Origin: Escherichia virus TH22
Strand: one strand, 5' to 3'
Length of the DNA: 64,000 nt
Sequence record: MT446396.1
Below, one piece after another: positions 11,176 through 22,016 of this stretch (position 1 is its first letter; every line of letters begins with the position of its first letter). Made by a program: the position numbers and the translations under genes. The notes below the pieces were generated by a model, which was not told the origin of the DNA, did not search any database, and worked only from the letters and a program-made list of their open reading frames with translations.

Positions 11176-11825
11176 TTACGATTCGCATGCCTCCAAATAA
11201 CAACCGATATATAAATGGTAAATCAGTATACCAACTGTACTTATCCATCAAACAGCATTTTTCGGGTCGTTATGATATTATCAAATATAACTGGACCATG
11301 CGAATCTCCGATAGTGCTTATCAAAAACGTCGCGATAAGTATTTTTTCGAAAAGCTTAGCGATAAGTACACTCTTAAAGAATTAACGTTAATATTCATGT
11401 CAAACCTGGTTGCAAACCAGGATGCATGGATAGGTGATATAAGTGATGCCGATGCTCTGATATTTTATAGAGAATATATTGGTAGACTTAAAAGAATTAG
11501 ACAAGTATACGAAGATGATATAAAGAACATCTATTACTTCAGTAAGAAAGTCGAAGTCAAATCACTCCAAGAGATTTTCGAGTATAATACTAAAGTGAAT
11601 ACAAGTTATATTTTCAAACTTCTCCAATCGAATGTTATTTCATTTGAAACGTTTTGTTTGCTTGATTCATTTTTAGGTATAATAGACCAACATGATGAAC
11701 AGACTAACGACTTGGTTTGGGAAAAGTATTCAACTAAACTAAATGCTTATAAGAAAATCTTAAATATCGATTCTCTTGAAGCCCGTAAATTGTTCATCGA
11801 GACTGTTAAAGGGTGTAAGTTTTGA
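11172..11825 (+). CDS. 59: helicase loader gp59
   Basis: 217 aa; close match to recalled T4 gp59 (YIDGKSVY.LYL.IKQH, VANQDAWIGDISDADAL, YIFKLLQSN). Confidence 0.95.
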   Translation: MITIRMPPNNNRYINGKSVYQLYLSIKQHFSGRYDIIKYNWTMRISDSAYQKRRDKYFFEKLSDKYTLKELTLIFMSNLVANQDAWIGDISDADALIFYREYIGRLKRIRQVYEDDIKNIYYFSKKVEVKSLQEIFEYNTKVNTSYIFKLLQSNVISFETFCLLDSFLGIIDQHDEQTNDLVWEKYSTKLNAYKKILNIDSLEARKLFIETVKGCKF

Positions 11826-12460
11826 ATGTTGTATATTGGTTTACATTTGAAACTCGTCTGAAAAATAAAACGCCTCCTTATTTTTACATTGGGTCAAAGC
11901 ATAATTGTGCTTTTGAAAATGGTGTTATAATTGATTCGCATAATAAAGAATACTGGTCTTCATGCAAACAATCTCGTTTTATTGAGGCATTGTCTGAAAA
12001 ACCAACCGTTAAAATTCTGCATGTGTGTGACGATGTGTTGTCAGAAGAAGAGTTTTACCATCAACACTATAATGTGGTTAAATCGCCATTGTTTTTCAAT
12101 AAGGCGAGTGCTCGTGGAACCTTTAAGTCTTCATTAAAAGGTAAACCAAAATCAGAATCACATAAAATAAATATGAAATTAAATTCTCATCTTAAAGGTT
12201 TATTGCCTTGGGAACATCCTAATACAATAGCTAAAGGTGCTCATTTAGTTTGGTTAAATGCTGGAATATATTATGACTGGTATATAGGACCGCATAGAAC
12301 TTCCAGACTTGGTCCAGTTATTATGGCAAGAGAAACTGGTTTACCGTGTACACACACGACCGGTATTTCCATTATAAATAAATTCAAATTAGGATGGAAT
12401 CCCCATCTTGATTCTGAATTTCAAAAGTTTATCGCTTCAATCACTTTGAAGTATAATTAA
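11822..12460 (+). CDS. putative GIY-YIG homing-endonuclease-like protein (segG-like position); no in-frame ATG before residue ~118, possible TTG start or decayed gene
   Basis: 212 aa ORF; N-terminal VVYWFTF...PPYFYIGSK resembles GIY-(N10-18)-YIG; located between genes 59 and 32 where T4 carries segG. Confidence 0.4.
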   Translation: MNVVYWFTFETRLKNKTPPYFYIGSKHNCAFENGVIIDSHNKEYWSSCKQSRFIEALSEKPTVKILHVCDDVLSEEEFYHQHYNVVKSPLFFNKASARGTFKSSLKGKPKSESHKINMKLNSHLKGLLPWEHPNTIAKGAHLVWLNAGIYYDWYIGPHRTSRLGPVIMARETGLPCTHTTGISIINKFKLGWNPHLDSEFQKFIASITLKYN

Positions 12461-12508
12461 TATGTAATCAAAACAACTGCTAAAAATCAAATAATCTAAG
12501 GAAATCAT

Positions 12509-13420
12509 ATGTCTATGTTTAAACGTAAAAACCCTGCTGACCTGGCTGCTTCCCTTAACGCTCTGAAAGGTGGCTCTGGTTTCTCTTCTGACGATAAAAA
12601 AGAATGGAAACTGAAAGATACTGATGGCGTCGGCTCTGCGGTTATTCGTTTCCTGCCTTCCAAAAATGAAGAAAATCCATCTCCGTTCATCAAGCTCGTT
12701 AACCACGGCTTTAAAAATGGCGGTCAATGGTATATTGAAAACTGTACTTCTACTCACGGCGACTATGAAAACTGTCCTGTGTGTGCGTACATGAATAAGA
12801 ATGACCTGTACAATACAAACGAATCCGAATATCGTAAACTGAAGCGTAATACTTCTTACTGGGCTAACATCCTGGTCATTAAAGACCCTGCTGTTCCGTC
12901 TAACGAAGGTCAAGTATTCAAATATCGCTTCGGCAAGAAAATCATGGACAAAATTAACCAGATGGTTGAAGTCGATGTTGACATGGGCGAAACAGCTATT
13001 GATGTAACTTGTCCTTTTGAAGGTGCAAACTTTGTACTGAAATCTAAACTGGTTTCCGGTTATAAAAACTACGATGATTCCAAATTCATGAACCAGTCTG
13101 AAATCGCTGGTATCAATGATGAAGCATTCCAGAAAAAACTTTGGGACGAAATGTCTGACCTGAATGAATTGCTGGTGTTTAAATCCCTTGAAGAGAATCA
13201 GAAGAAATTCTCTAAAGTAATGGGTACGGCCGCTCTCGGTGGCGCTGCTTCTAAAGCCGCCGCACAAGCTGATAAACTGGGCGCTGACCTGGACGATTTC
13301 GATAAAGATATGGAAGACTTCACTTCCAGCAAACCTGCTAAGTCTGAACGCACTGCGACTGCTCCAAGCGCTCCAGAGCCTTCCGATGATGGTCTTGACG
13401 ACCTTCTGGCTGGCCTTTAA
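12509..13420 (+). CDS. 32: single-stranded DNA-binding protein gp32
   Basis: 303 aa; strong match to recalled T4 gp32 ([35 protein letters not shown], acidic C-terminus); RBS AAGGA. Confidence 0.95.
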   Translation: MSMFKRKNPADLAASLNALKGGSGFSSDDKKEWKLKDTDGVGSAVIRFLPSKNEENPSPFIKLVNHGFKNGGQWYIENCTSTHGDYENCPVCAYMNKNDLYNTNESEYRKLKRNTSYWANILVIKDPAVPSNEGQVFKYRFGKKIMDKINQMVEVDVDMGETAIDVTCPFEGANFVLKSKLVSGYKNYDDSKFMNQSEIAGINDEAFQKKLWDEMSDLNELLVFKSLEENQKKFSKVMGTAALGGAASKAAAQADKLGADLDDFDKDMEDFTSSKPAKSERTATAPSAPEPSDDGLDDLLAGL

Positions 13421-13425
13421 TATAA

Positions 13426-13449
13426 GGGGACCTTCGGGTCCCTTTTTTA
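13426..13449 (+). terminator. intrinsic terminator (GGGGACC-TTCG-GGTCCCC + T-run)
   Basis: Perfect GC hairpin followed by TTTTTT immediately after gene 32. Confidence 0.7.
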
Positions 13450-13462
13450 TTTTCAAAAAGTA

Positions 13463-13492
13463 GTGTACAAGTCCTTTGAGCTAAGGCATAAT
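13463..13492 (+). promoter_or_regulatory. early promoter (GTGTAC -35, N18, CATAAT -10) with conserved leader
   Basis: Member of a recurrent promoter cassette family in this window. Confidence 0.55.
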
Positions 13493-13530
13493 GATTCCAT
13501 CAACTACTGATAACAACTGAGGAAATAAAA

Positions 13531-13893
13531 ATGGAAATCGGCAAAAAATATGAGTTCAATCCACATCGTATTAAATCTTTCATTGATATTAGTTCATCGA
13601 ATGCTAGTATGGTCGATATCATCCAAGAAAATGGTGGTTGGTTTGAAGTTAAATCAATATCAAGTGCAGACGGCTATGATTATGTAACCGAAATCATTTG
13701 TGCTAATGGTGCAATCTATAATGATGATGGTATGGGTGATGATTATTTTGAACTTAGTGAAGAAGAGTTTTATTGCTTCCGCGAATACTCTAGTTATGCA
13801 AAAACACCTTCAGGAGCGGTTTCTATTAATTGTGTTGTGGATGCTAATAATGTCGACCAAATCATTGAACTTCTACAAAAAGCTTTCAAATAG
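13531..13893 (+). CDS. hypothetical early protein (120 aa), paralog of ORF 14242
   Basis: RBS GAGGA; own early promoter; shares length and motifs (YFELSEEEF / YFELGEWEF) with 14242..14604. Confidence 0.6.
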   Translation: MEIGKKYEFNPHRIKSFIDISSSNASMVDIIQENGGWFEVKSISSADGYDYVTEIICANGAIYNDDGMGDDYFELSEEEFYCFREYSSYAKTPSGAVSINCVVDANNVDQIIELLQKAFK

Positions 13894-13895
13894 CA

Positions 13896-13925
13896 GTTTA
13901 CAACGGTCTATGGTTGAGATACTAT
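13896..13925 (+). promoter_or_regulatory. early promoter (GTTTAC -35 ... -10 near TACTAT)
   Basis: GTTTAC followed about 18 nt later by an AT-rich -10, upstream of ORF 13954. Confidence 0.4.
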
Positions 13926-13953
13926 AGACTATCAACTACATGAGGAAAATAAA

Positions 13954-14181
13954 ATGGCTAAGGTTAATATTGATATCGTTGATTTTGAATACACTTACGA
14001 AGTTATTCGTAATCGGTATCCTTCTTTGTGTATGACTTACATTAAAGATACTGAAGTCTTTGGTATTCAAATTGAAGTCCAAGGTCCTCTTGAAGATATT
14101 ACCCGCTTTATGCAAAATGAATATTGTGATGGTATGTACCCAGAAGACACTAAATTTTATATGAATTTGATTGAAGCTTAA
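13954..14181 (+). CDS. hypothetical protein (75 aa)
   Basis: RBS GAGGA 7 nt upstream of ATG. Confidence 0.55.
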   Translation: MAKVNIDIVDFEYTYEVIRNRYPSLCMTYIKDTEVFGIQIEVQGPLEDITRFMQNEYCDGMYPEDTKFYMNLIEA

Positions 14182-14182
14182 G

Positions 14183-14211
14183 TATACAAACAAACGGGAA
14201 CATGATAATAT
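14183..14211 (+). promoter_or_regulatory. early promoter (GTATAC -35) whose -10 sits in the loop of an 8-bp hairpin (gggaacat/atgttccc)
   Basis: Seen in sequence; the hairpin embeds the gataat element. Confidence 0.4.
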
Positions 14212-14241
14212 GTTCCCTCAATTGAATATGAGGAAATTAAA

Positions 14242-14604
14242 ATGGAAACTGGTAAATTTTACGTATTAGACCCCGCTGCCAAAAAACAATTCATCGCTGG
14301 TAGTCCTGATGACAATTCGTGCATGGTCAAGTTGATGGAACAACATGGTAATTCCTTCAAAGTCCTGGATATGTGTTATATTGAAGGTGATTATTTTGTT
14401 GAAAAAGTTGAAATGAAAGATGGCACCATCCTGAATAGTATGGGTGATTCTGATGAGTACTTTGAACTCGGTGAATGGGAATTCTGCCACTTCCTGGAAG
14501 TTGATGGCGATGCACCTGTTGATACCCAAACCATTCATGTGCAGGTAAATCATAAAAATGCCGCGGAAGTTATTGCCTTGATTAAAGCAACTTTTGAGGT
14601 CTAA
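14242..14604 (+). CDS. hypothetical early protein (120 aa), paralog of ORF 13531
   Basis: RBS GAGGA; N-terminal GKFYVLDPAAKKQFIAG motif shared with ORF 27480. Confidence 0.6.
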   Translation: METGKFYVLDPAAKKQFIAGSPDDNSCMVKLMEQHGNSFKVLDMCYIEGDYFVEKVEMKDGTILNSMGDSDEYFELGEWEFCHFLEVDGDAPVDTQTIHVQVNHKNAAEVIALIKATFEV

Positions 14605-14605
14605 C

Positions 14606-14860
14606 ATGACTAAAGATGATTTCCTGGATGCAGTAGAAAAAGCAAGCGAACAATTTGAAGTAATGGGTGTACGAGTTCATAAAGACAGAAATTATGGTCT
14701 GGATGTTCAAACATACTCATTATGGCTTGTTGGTGAACACAGTCTTGCAACCAATCTTGTTATGGGGGTTGATACTCATCCTTTATTAGTTAAGTTTAGA
14801 AGTATTGAAAAAGCCACCAAGGAAATGATTAAACTTGGCAAATGGCTTGATAAAATTTAA
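14606..14860 (+). CDS. hypothetical protein (84 aa)
   Basis: ATG with GAGG RBS overlapping upstream stop; track ORF begins at an upstream TTG. Confidence 0.5.
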   Translation: MTKDDFLDAVEKASEQFEVMGVRVHKDRNYGLDVQTYSLWLVGEHSLATNLVMGVDTHPLLVKFRSIEKATKEMIKLGKWLDKI

Positions 14861-14867
14861 AAAAGTA

Positions 14868-14897
14868 GTGTACAACCAAATGGGGCTATGACATAAT
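14868..14897 (+). promoter_or_regulatory. early promoter (GTGTAC, N18, CATAAT) with conserved leader ccatactgagttaacaa...ctggagaataaaATG
   Basis: Near-identical leader recurs at 31150 and 54686. Confidence 0.55.
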
Positions 14898-14938
14898 GGT
14901 CCCATACTGAGTTAACAACTAAAACCCTGGAGAATAAA

Positions 14939-15178
14939 ATGAAATTACAACGTGAGAGCATCAAAGATTCAGAAGTTAAAGGCAAATGGTACTTCACAAT
15001 CCAAGGTAACAATCCAGAAGCTCTGGAAAAAGCTGAAGAAACTTTATGCGCGATGGGTTGGAAAGATGAGTGCGATGGTTGTCCTCTTTATGAAGATGGC
15101 AGCTCATCTGGTTTCTGGATTCATCACTCTGACGTTGACCAATTTAAAGCCGACTGGAAAGTTGCTAAGAAAGCGTGA
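14939..15178 (+). CDS. hypothetical protein (79 aa)
   Basis: RBS GGAG; own early promoter. Confidence 0.55.
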   Translation: MKLQRESIKDSEVKGKWYFTIQGNNPEALEKAEETLCAMGWKDECDGCPLYEDGSSSGFWIHHSDVDQFKADWKVAKKA

Positions 15179-15188
15179 GGAAAATATA

Positions 15189-15433
15189 ATGCAAATTACT
15201 ATCAATTTAAAAGAGTTTACTGGTACTGAAGCAGAATTGGATAGACTTTATAATAATACAGCATATGACGAAACCTTTTGGGTCAGGGACCGTTATGAAA
15301 ACCTCCATAAGGTGTCTTTGACATGGGAGCAAGGTCGCGGTAATAATTATCGTTTTGTTAAGGGTGATATTTTCTATTATAACTCTCATGACATCATTTG
15401 GCCAAACGATATTACACATGTGGAGGTGCTATA

Positions 15434-15434
<1 letters not shown>
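15189..15434 (+). CDS. hypothetical protein (81 aa)
   Basis: ATG preceded by GAGGA; track ORF 14952 begins upstream in the same frame. Confidence 0.5.
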
Positions 15435-17209
<1,775 letters not shown>

Positions 17210-17210
<1 letters not shown>

Positions 17211-17407
17211 TGAATATTCGTATAGTAAACAATAGATACGGCACCAATGAGGTGCTGTTTGAAAAAATGAATATAAGTCTCGATGAACTGCCTAAAGAGA
17301 AAACAACTATTTTTGTTCAGGGCAAAGAACTTTATGTTATGCGTGTGATTAAATCATATGAATATGATGATTTCAATCGGTCTATCTGGTTTATTGTCGA
17401 GGTCTAA
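17210..17407 (+). CDS. hypothetical protein (65 aa)
   Basis: ORF overlapping td stop (TAATG). Confidence 0.45.
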
Positions 17408-17468
17408 TGAAAATTCAAATTGCTGGCCTTTTATTCCTGGCTGTAATGGTCGGGCTTAACTTCCTGCT

Positions 17469-17768
17469 ATGAAAGCCTGTCGGGTTGTTAACAAATATCA
17501 ATCCGACTTTGATGTGAATATTCAACGGGGTACCATGTGGGGAAACCCATACAAAGATGGTACCCGAGAAGAAAATATAAAGAACTTTAAAGAATATTTC
17601 ATATCAAAGATTAAATCGGGTGAAATCAAAAGAGAACATCTAGAAACCCTTCGCGGAATGCGATTAGCATGTACATGTAAACCGAAAGCATGTCATGGCG
17701 ATGTTATCGCTCTGGTCGTTAACAAACTTTTCAAAGACACCTTTTCGCTCGAGGATTTGGGCGCATAA
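17469..17768 (+). CDS. DUF4326-like protein (99 aa)
   Basis: Motifs WGNPY, GTREE, LACTCKPKACHGDVI match the recalled DUF4326 signature (WGNP ... C.C.P..CHGDV). Confidence 0.6.
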   Translation: MKACRVVNKYQSDFDVNIQRGTMWGNPYKDGTREENIKNFKEYFISKIKSGEIKREHLETLRGMRLACTCKPKACHGDVIALVVNKLFKDTFSLEDLGA

Positions 17769-17777
17769 ATACGATTC

Positions 17778-17801
17778 CGCTTTAGGGCACCGTGATATAA
17801 T
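17778..17801 (+). promoter_or_regulatory. middle promoter (MotA-box-like CGCTTTA, N11, TATAAT) upstream of ORF 17828
   Basis: Seen in sequence. Confidence 0.4.
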
Positions 17802-17827
17802 TATTTAAAATTTAATGAGAGGAAATT

Positions 17828-18073
17828 ATGAATTTACGATTTAAACGCCAGTCAGGCGAAGTCATTTTTGAAATGCCACAATTTACCGAACAGGATTTAC
17901 CTGCACCAAATTCTTATATCACTATTGACGGAATCAAATTTCTGGCCAAACGACATGAACGTGTCTACTGTCATGATTCAGCCGGTGACGTCCAGTCATA
18001 TTTTGACATCACTGTCCAGTCAGAAGAAGAATATAACGATGAAATGACTTCGGAACTACCAGTGACAATTTAA
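17828..18073 (+). CDS. hypothetical protein (81 aa)
   Basis: RBS GAGAGGA. Confidence 0.55.
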   Translation: MNLRFKRQSGEVIFEMPQFTEQDLPAPNSYITIDGIKFLAKRHERVYCHDSAGDVQSYFDITVQSEEEYNDEMTSELPVTI

Positions 18074-18106
18074 GGTTCCCAACCCTTTTGAACTATAGAG
18101 GAAAAC

Positions 18107-20362
18107 ATGCAAGTACAAAAAAGTAGTGGTGTATCTCAAGATTTTGATGGCCAGAAAATTATTAAAGTTCTTTCCTGGTCATGTGAAGGAACCAATATCG
18201 ACCCGTATGAATTATACGAAACAATCAAACCACATCTGCGCGATGGTATGACTACTCGCGATATTCAGACGGTTATCATCAAAGTATCCGCTGGGCTTAT
18301 TTCGGTTGAAGAACCAGATTACCAATATGTTGCAGCGAAGGCTACGATGTTTGCTCTGCGTAAAGATGTTTATGGGCAATTTGAGCCACGTTCTTTTATT
18401 GACCAGATTTCTTATTGTGTCAATGAAGGCAAATATGACCCGGAGCTGTTATCAAGCTACTCGGCTGAAGAGATTACTTACCTGGAATCTCGTATTAAGC
18501 ACGAACGCGATTTTGACCTGACTTATGCAGGCGCGATGCAGCTTAAAGAGAAATACCTGGTTAAAGATAAAACCACTGGGAAAATCTATGAGACTCCACA
18601 ATTTGCTATCATGGCCATTGGCATGGCACTGCACCAGGATGAACCAACGGACCGCCTGAAGCACGTTTGCCGTTTTTATGATGCAGTATCCACGCGGCAG
18701 GTTTCGTTGCCCACACCTATCATGGCGGGCGCCAGAACACCTACCAGGCAGTTCAGTTCCTGCGTGGTTATCGAAGCTGCTGACTCCCTGAAGTCAATCA
18801 ATAAGACTGCTAACTCAATCATCGAATATATCAGTAAGCGTGCAGGTATCGGTATCAACGTTGGTATGATTCGTGCCGAAGGTTCGAAAATCGGTATGGG
18901 TGAAGTCAAGCATACTGGTGTTATTCCGTTCTGGAAACATTTCCAAACGGCTGTTAAATCATGTTCACAAGGTGGAATCCGTGGCGGCGCTGCTACTGCT
19001 TATTATCCTATTTGGCATTTGGAAGTTGAAAATTTACTCGTTCTGAAGAACAACAAGGGCGTTGAAGAAAACCGCATCAGACATATGGACTATGGTGTCC
19101 AGCTGAATAACCTGATGATGGAACGACTGGCTAAGAATGATTACATCACATTGTTTAGTCCGCACGAAGCTGGCGGTGAATTATATTATTCATATTTTGA
19201 TAACCCGGATAAATTCCGTGAGTTATATGAAGCCTTGGAAAAAGACCCGACGGTTCGTAAGAAGCGCATCAAAGCAAAAGATGTATTTGAATTATTCATG
19301 ACCGAACGTTCCGGGACAGCCAGGGTTTATCCACAGTTCGTTGATAACGTGAATGACTACACCCCGTTCATCCGTGATAAGGCTCCAATTCGTCAATCAA
19401 ACCTTTGCTGCGAAATTGCAATCCCGACCGCTGATGTAAACAGCGAAGATGCTGAAATCGGATTGTGCACATTGTCTGCATTTGTTCTGGATAGTTTTGA
19501 CTGGCAGGACCAAGATAAAATTAACGAGCTGGCCGAAGTACAAGTTCGTGCTCTTGATAATCTGTTGGACTACCAGGGTTATCCGGTTAAAGAAGCTCTG
19601 AAAGCCAAAAAACGGCGCAACCTGGGTGTTGGGGTTACTAACTATGCTGCATGGCTGGCAAGTAATTTCGCTTCATACGCTGATGCAAATGATTTAACAC
19701 ACGAACTATTTGAGAGATTACAATATGGCCTTATCCGTGCATCAATCAAGCTCGCCAAAGAAAAAGGACCTTGCGAATATTATTCAGACACTCGTTGGGC
19801 TCGAGGCGAATTACCTATCGACTGGTACAATAAAAAGATTGACCAAATCGCAGCTCCAAACTACGTTTGTGACTGGTCGTCGTTGCGGGAAGACCTGGTT
19901 GCACACGGCATCCGTAATAGCACCTTATCTGCGCTCATGCCTTGCGAGTCAAGCAGCCAAGTTTCCAACTCTACAAACGGTATCGAACCTCCGCGCGGTC
20001 CAGTAAGTATCAAGGAAAGTAAAGAAGGTTCTTTTAACCAGGTTGTTCCAAATATCGAGCACAATAAAGGATTGTACGATTACGCATGGGTATTAGCTAA
20101 GCAAGGTAACAAACCTTATCTGACCCAAGTCGCGATTATGTTGAAATGGATTTGCCAGTCAGCATCAGCCAATACCTATTACGACCCGCAGAATTATCCG
20201 AAAGGAAAAGTTCCGATGTCAGTTATGCTTGACGACTTGATGTACTTCTGGTATTTTGGTGGAAAAAACCTTTATTATCATAACACTAGAGATGGTTCTG
20301 GTACAGACGATTACGAAATCGAAGCTCCTAAAGCAGAAGACTGCTCTGCCTGTAAACTTTGA
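18107..20362 (+). CDS. nrdA: aerobic ribonucleotide reductase large subunit
   Basis: 751 aa; class Ia RNR alpha motifs; synteny. Confidence 0.95.
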   Translation: MQVQKSSGVSQDFDGQKIIKVLSWSCEGTNIDPYELYETIKPHLRDGMTTRDIQTVIIKVSAGLISVEEPDYQYVAAKATMFALRKDVYGQFEPRSFIDQISYCVNEGKYDPELLSSYSAEEITYLESRIKHERDFDLTYAGAMQLKEKYLVKDKTTGKIYETPQFAIMAIGMALHQDEPTDRLKHVCRFYDAVSTRQVSLPTPIMAGARTPTRQFSSCVVIEAADSLKSINKTANSIIEYISKRAGIGINVGMIRAEGSKIGMGEVKHTGVIPFWKHFQTAVKSCSQGGIRGGAATAYYPIWHLEVENLLVLKNNKGVEENRIRHMDYGVQLNNLMMERLAKNDYITLFSPHEAGGELYYSYFDNPDKFRELYEALEKDPTVRKKRIKAKDVFELFMTERSGTARVYPQFVDNVNDYTPFIRDKAPIRQSNLCCEIAIPTADVNSEDAEIGLCTLSAFVLDSFDWQDQDKINELAEVQVRALDNLLDYQGYPVKEALKAKKRRNLGVGVTNYAAWLASNFASYADANDLTHELFERLQYGLIRASIKLAKEKGPCEYYSDTRWARGELPIDWYNKKIDQIAAPNYVCDWSSLREDLVAHGIRNSTLSALMPCESSSQVSNSTNGIEPPRGPVSIKESKEGSFNQVVPNIEHNKGLYDYAWVLAKQGNKPYLTQVAIMLKWICQSASANTYYDPQNYPKGKVPMSVMLDDLMYFWYFGGKNLYYHNTRDGSGTDDYEIEAPKAEDCSACKL

Positions 20363-20400
20363 TATAATTATGCTCATGGATGAGCTATTGAGGAAATAAA

Positions 20401-21579
20401 ATGAGTACAGTTTTTAATACCACTCCGGTGGATGTTTTAGCCGAGCCAATGTTCTTCGGTTCAGGATTGGGGATTGCCCGTTATGATATCCAGCGTCATA
20501 AAGTTTTCGAAGAATTAACAGAAAAGCAATTATCATTCTTCTGGCGTCCAGAGGAAGTAAACCTGATGATGGACGGAGCCCAATTTAATAAGCTTCCTGA
20601 ACATCAACAAAATATTTTTACCAACAACCTGAAATACCAGTCGCTTCTGGATAGTATCCAGGGTCGTGCTCCTGCAGCAGCATTAGCCGCATTAGTTTCT
20701 GACCCGAGTCTTGATACCTGGATTCAGACTTGGACATTCAGCGAGACAATTCACTCTCGTTCTTATACGCACATAATGCGAAATCTCTATACGGACCCGG
20801 CGAAGGTATTCGACGAAATCCTGTTAGATGATGCAATCATGAAGCGCGCAGAATCCATCGGTCATTACTATGATGATGTTCTGAATAAAACTCGTCAATG
20901 GCAAAACCAGATTGCTTTTGTTGAACTGGCCAAAGAAACTCCGGAAGCAGATGAACGTTTGGAACGGGCTATCAAACAAGAAGCTATTGCCAAACGAGCA
21001 TTGATGAAGTCTCTTTATCTCTGCCTGCATGTCATTAATGCCCTGGAAGCCATTCGTTTTTATGTATCTTTTGCCTGTACTTTCAACTTCCATAAGAACA
21101 TGGAAATCATGGAAGGTAATGCGAAGATAATGAAGTTCATCGCCCGTGATGAACAGCTCCACCTTAAGGGGACCCAATATATTCTTCGTCAGCTGCAGAC
21201 TGGTGTTGACGGTGGCGAATGGGTTAAAATCGCTCACGAATGTGAAGCAGAAGCCGCAGACATTTTCATGGAAGTTAATCGCCAGGAAAAAGAATGGGCC
21301 GTGCATCTGTTTAAAGATGGTGGACTCCCTGGTCTGAGCGTCGAGATTCTTAACCGGTTCATCGATTATCTGACGGTTTCTCGTATGAAGCAATGCGGCC
21401 TCCCTTGTGAAATCGTGTTAGAATCTACTAAGCACCCGATTCCATGGATTCGCGAATATCTTAACTCTGATAACGTGCAATCAGCACCACAAGAAGTTGA
21501 GTTGTCTGCTTACCTGGTAGCCCAGATTGACAATGACGTCGATGAGAACGTTCTTGCTGGTTTCCGTAAATATCTATAA
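20401..21579 (+). CDS. nrdB: aerobic ribonucleotide reductase small subunit (uninterrupted, no intron)
   Basis: 392 aa continuous ORF; R2 iron-ligand and radical-site motifs; synteny. Confidence 0.95.
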   Translation: MSTVFNTTPVDVLAEPMFFGSGLGIARYDIQRHKVFEELTEKQLSFFWRPEEVNLMMDGAQFNKLPEHQQNIFTNNLKYQSLLDSIQGRAPAAALAALVSDPSLDTWIQTWTFSETIHSRSYTHIMRNLYTDPAKVFDEILLDDAIMKRAESIGHYYDDVLNKTRQWQNQIAFVELAKETPEADERLERAIKQEAIAKRALMKSLYLCLHVINALEAIRFYVSFACTFNFHKNMEIMEGNAKIMKFIARDEQLHLKGTQYILRQLQTGVDGGEWVKIAHECEAEAADIFMEVNRQEKEWAVHLFKDGGLPGLSVEILNRFIDYLTVSRMKQCGLPCEIVLESTKHPIPWIREYLNSDNVQSAPQEVELSAYLVAQIDNDVDENVLAGFRKYL

Positions 21580-21583
21580 GGAA

Positions 21584-21602
21584 AGGGCTTCGGCCCTTTT
21601 TG
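21584..21602 (+). terminator. hairpin (GGGC-TTCG-GCCC) plus T-run after nrdB
   Basis: Seen in sequence; overlaps the denA leader. Confidence 0.5.
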
Positions 21603-21605
21603 TCT

Positions 21606-22016
21606 ATGAAACAAATCGCTGACGAATACAGTTTTATAAAATACGCGGAGTTAGAGTTAGTCGATGGTAAAATCCCTATCCTTACTCTCGCAAACAAGAA
21701 AAATGTTATCTATGCTATTTCAGTTGATGATGAACTAGTGTATATTGGTAAGACGAACAACCTTAAGAAGCGTATCAACTATTACCGGACTGCAATTAAC
21801 CGAATCGAACAGACGAGCGATTCAAACAAATCCCGGATGATACATGAAGCTTTACAAGAAGGCAAAAAGGTGGTATTCTATGCACGACAATGTTTCAATC
21901 TGTCAATGACCAATGAACTTGGTACGATGTCAGTCGAAACGATGTCTCTGGAAGAGCCGATGTTCATAAAGCTTTTTAATCCCCCGTGGAATTACCAACA
22001 TAAGGTGAAGAAATGA
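21606..22016 (+). CDS. denA: endonuclease II
   Basis: 136 aa from ATG at 21606; close match to recalled T4 DenA (YSFIKY.ELEL, DELVYIGKT.NL.KRINYYRTAINR, FYARQCFNLSMTNELGTM, KLFNPPWN). Confidence 0.9.
   Translation: MKQIADEYSFIKYAELELVDGKIPILTLANKKNVIYAISVDDELVYIGKTNNLKKRINYYRTAINRIEQTSDSNKSRMIHEALQEGKKVVFYARQCFNLSMTNELGTMSVETMSLEEPMFIKLFNPPWNYQHKVKK

Noticed and set aside
12437-13456. 339-aa minus-strand ORF
   Set aside because: Antisense to the well-supported gene 32, with a low-complexity translation and no RBS; typical shadow ORF.
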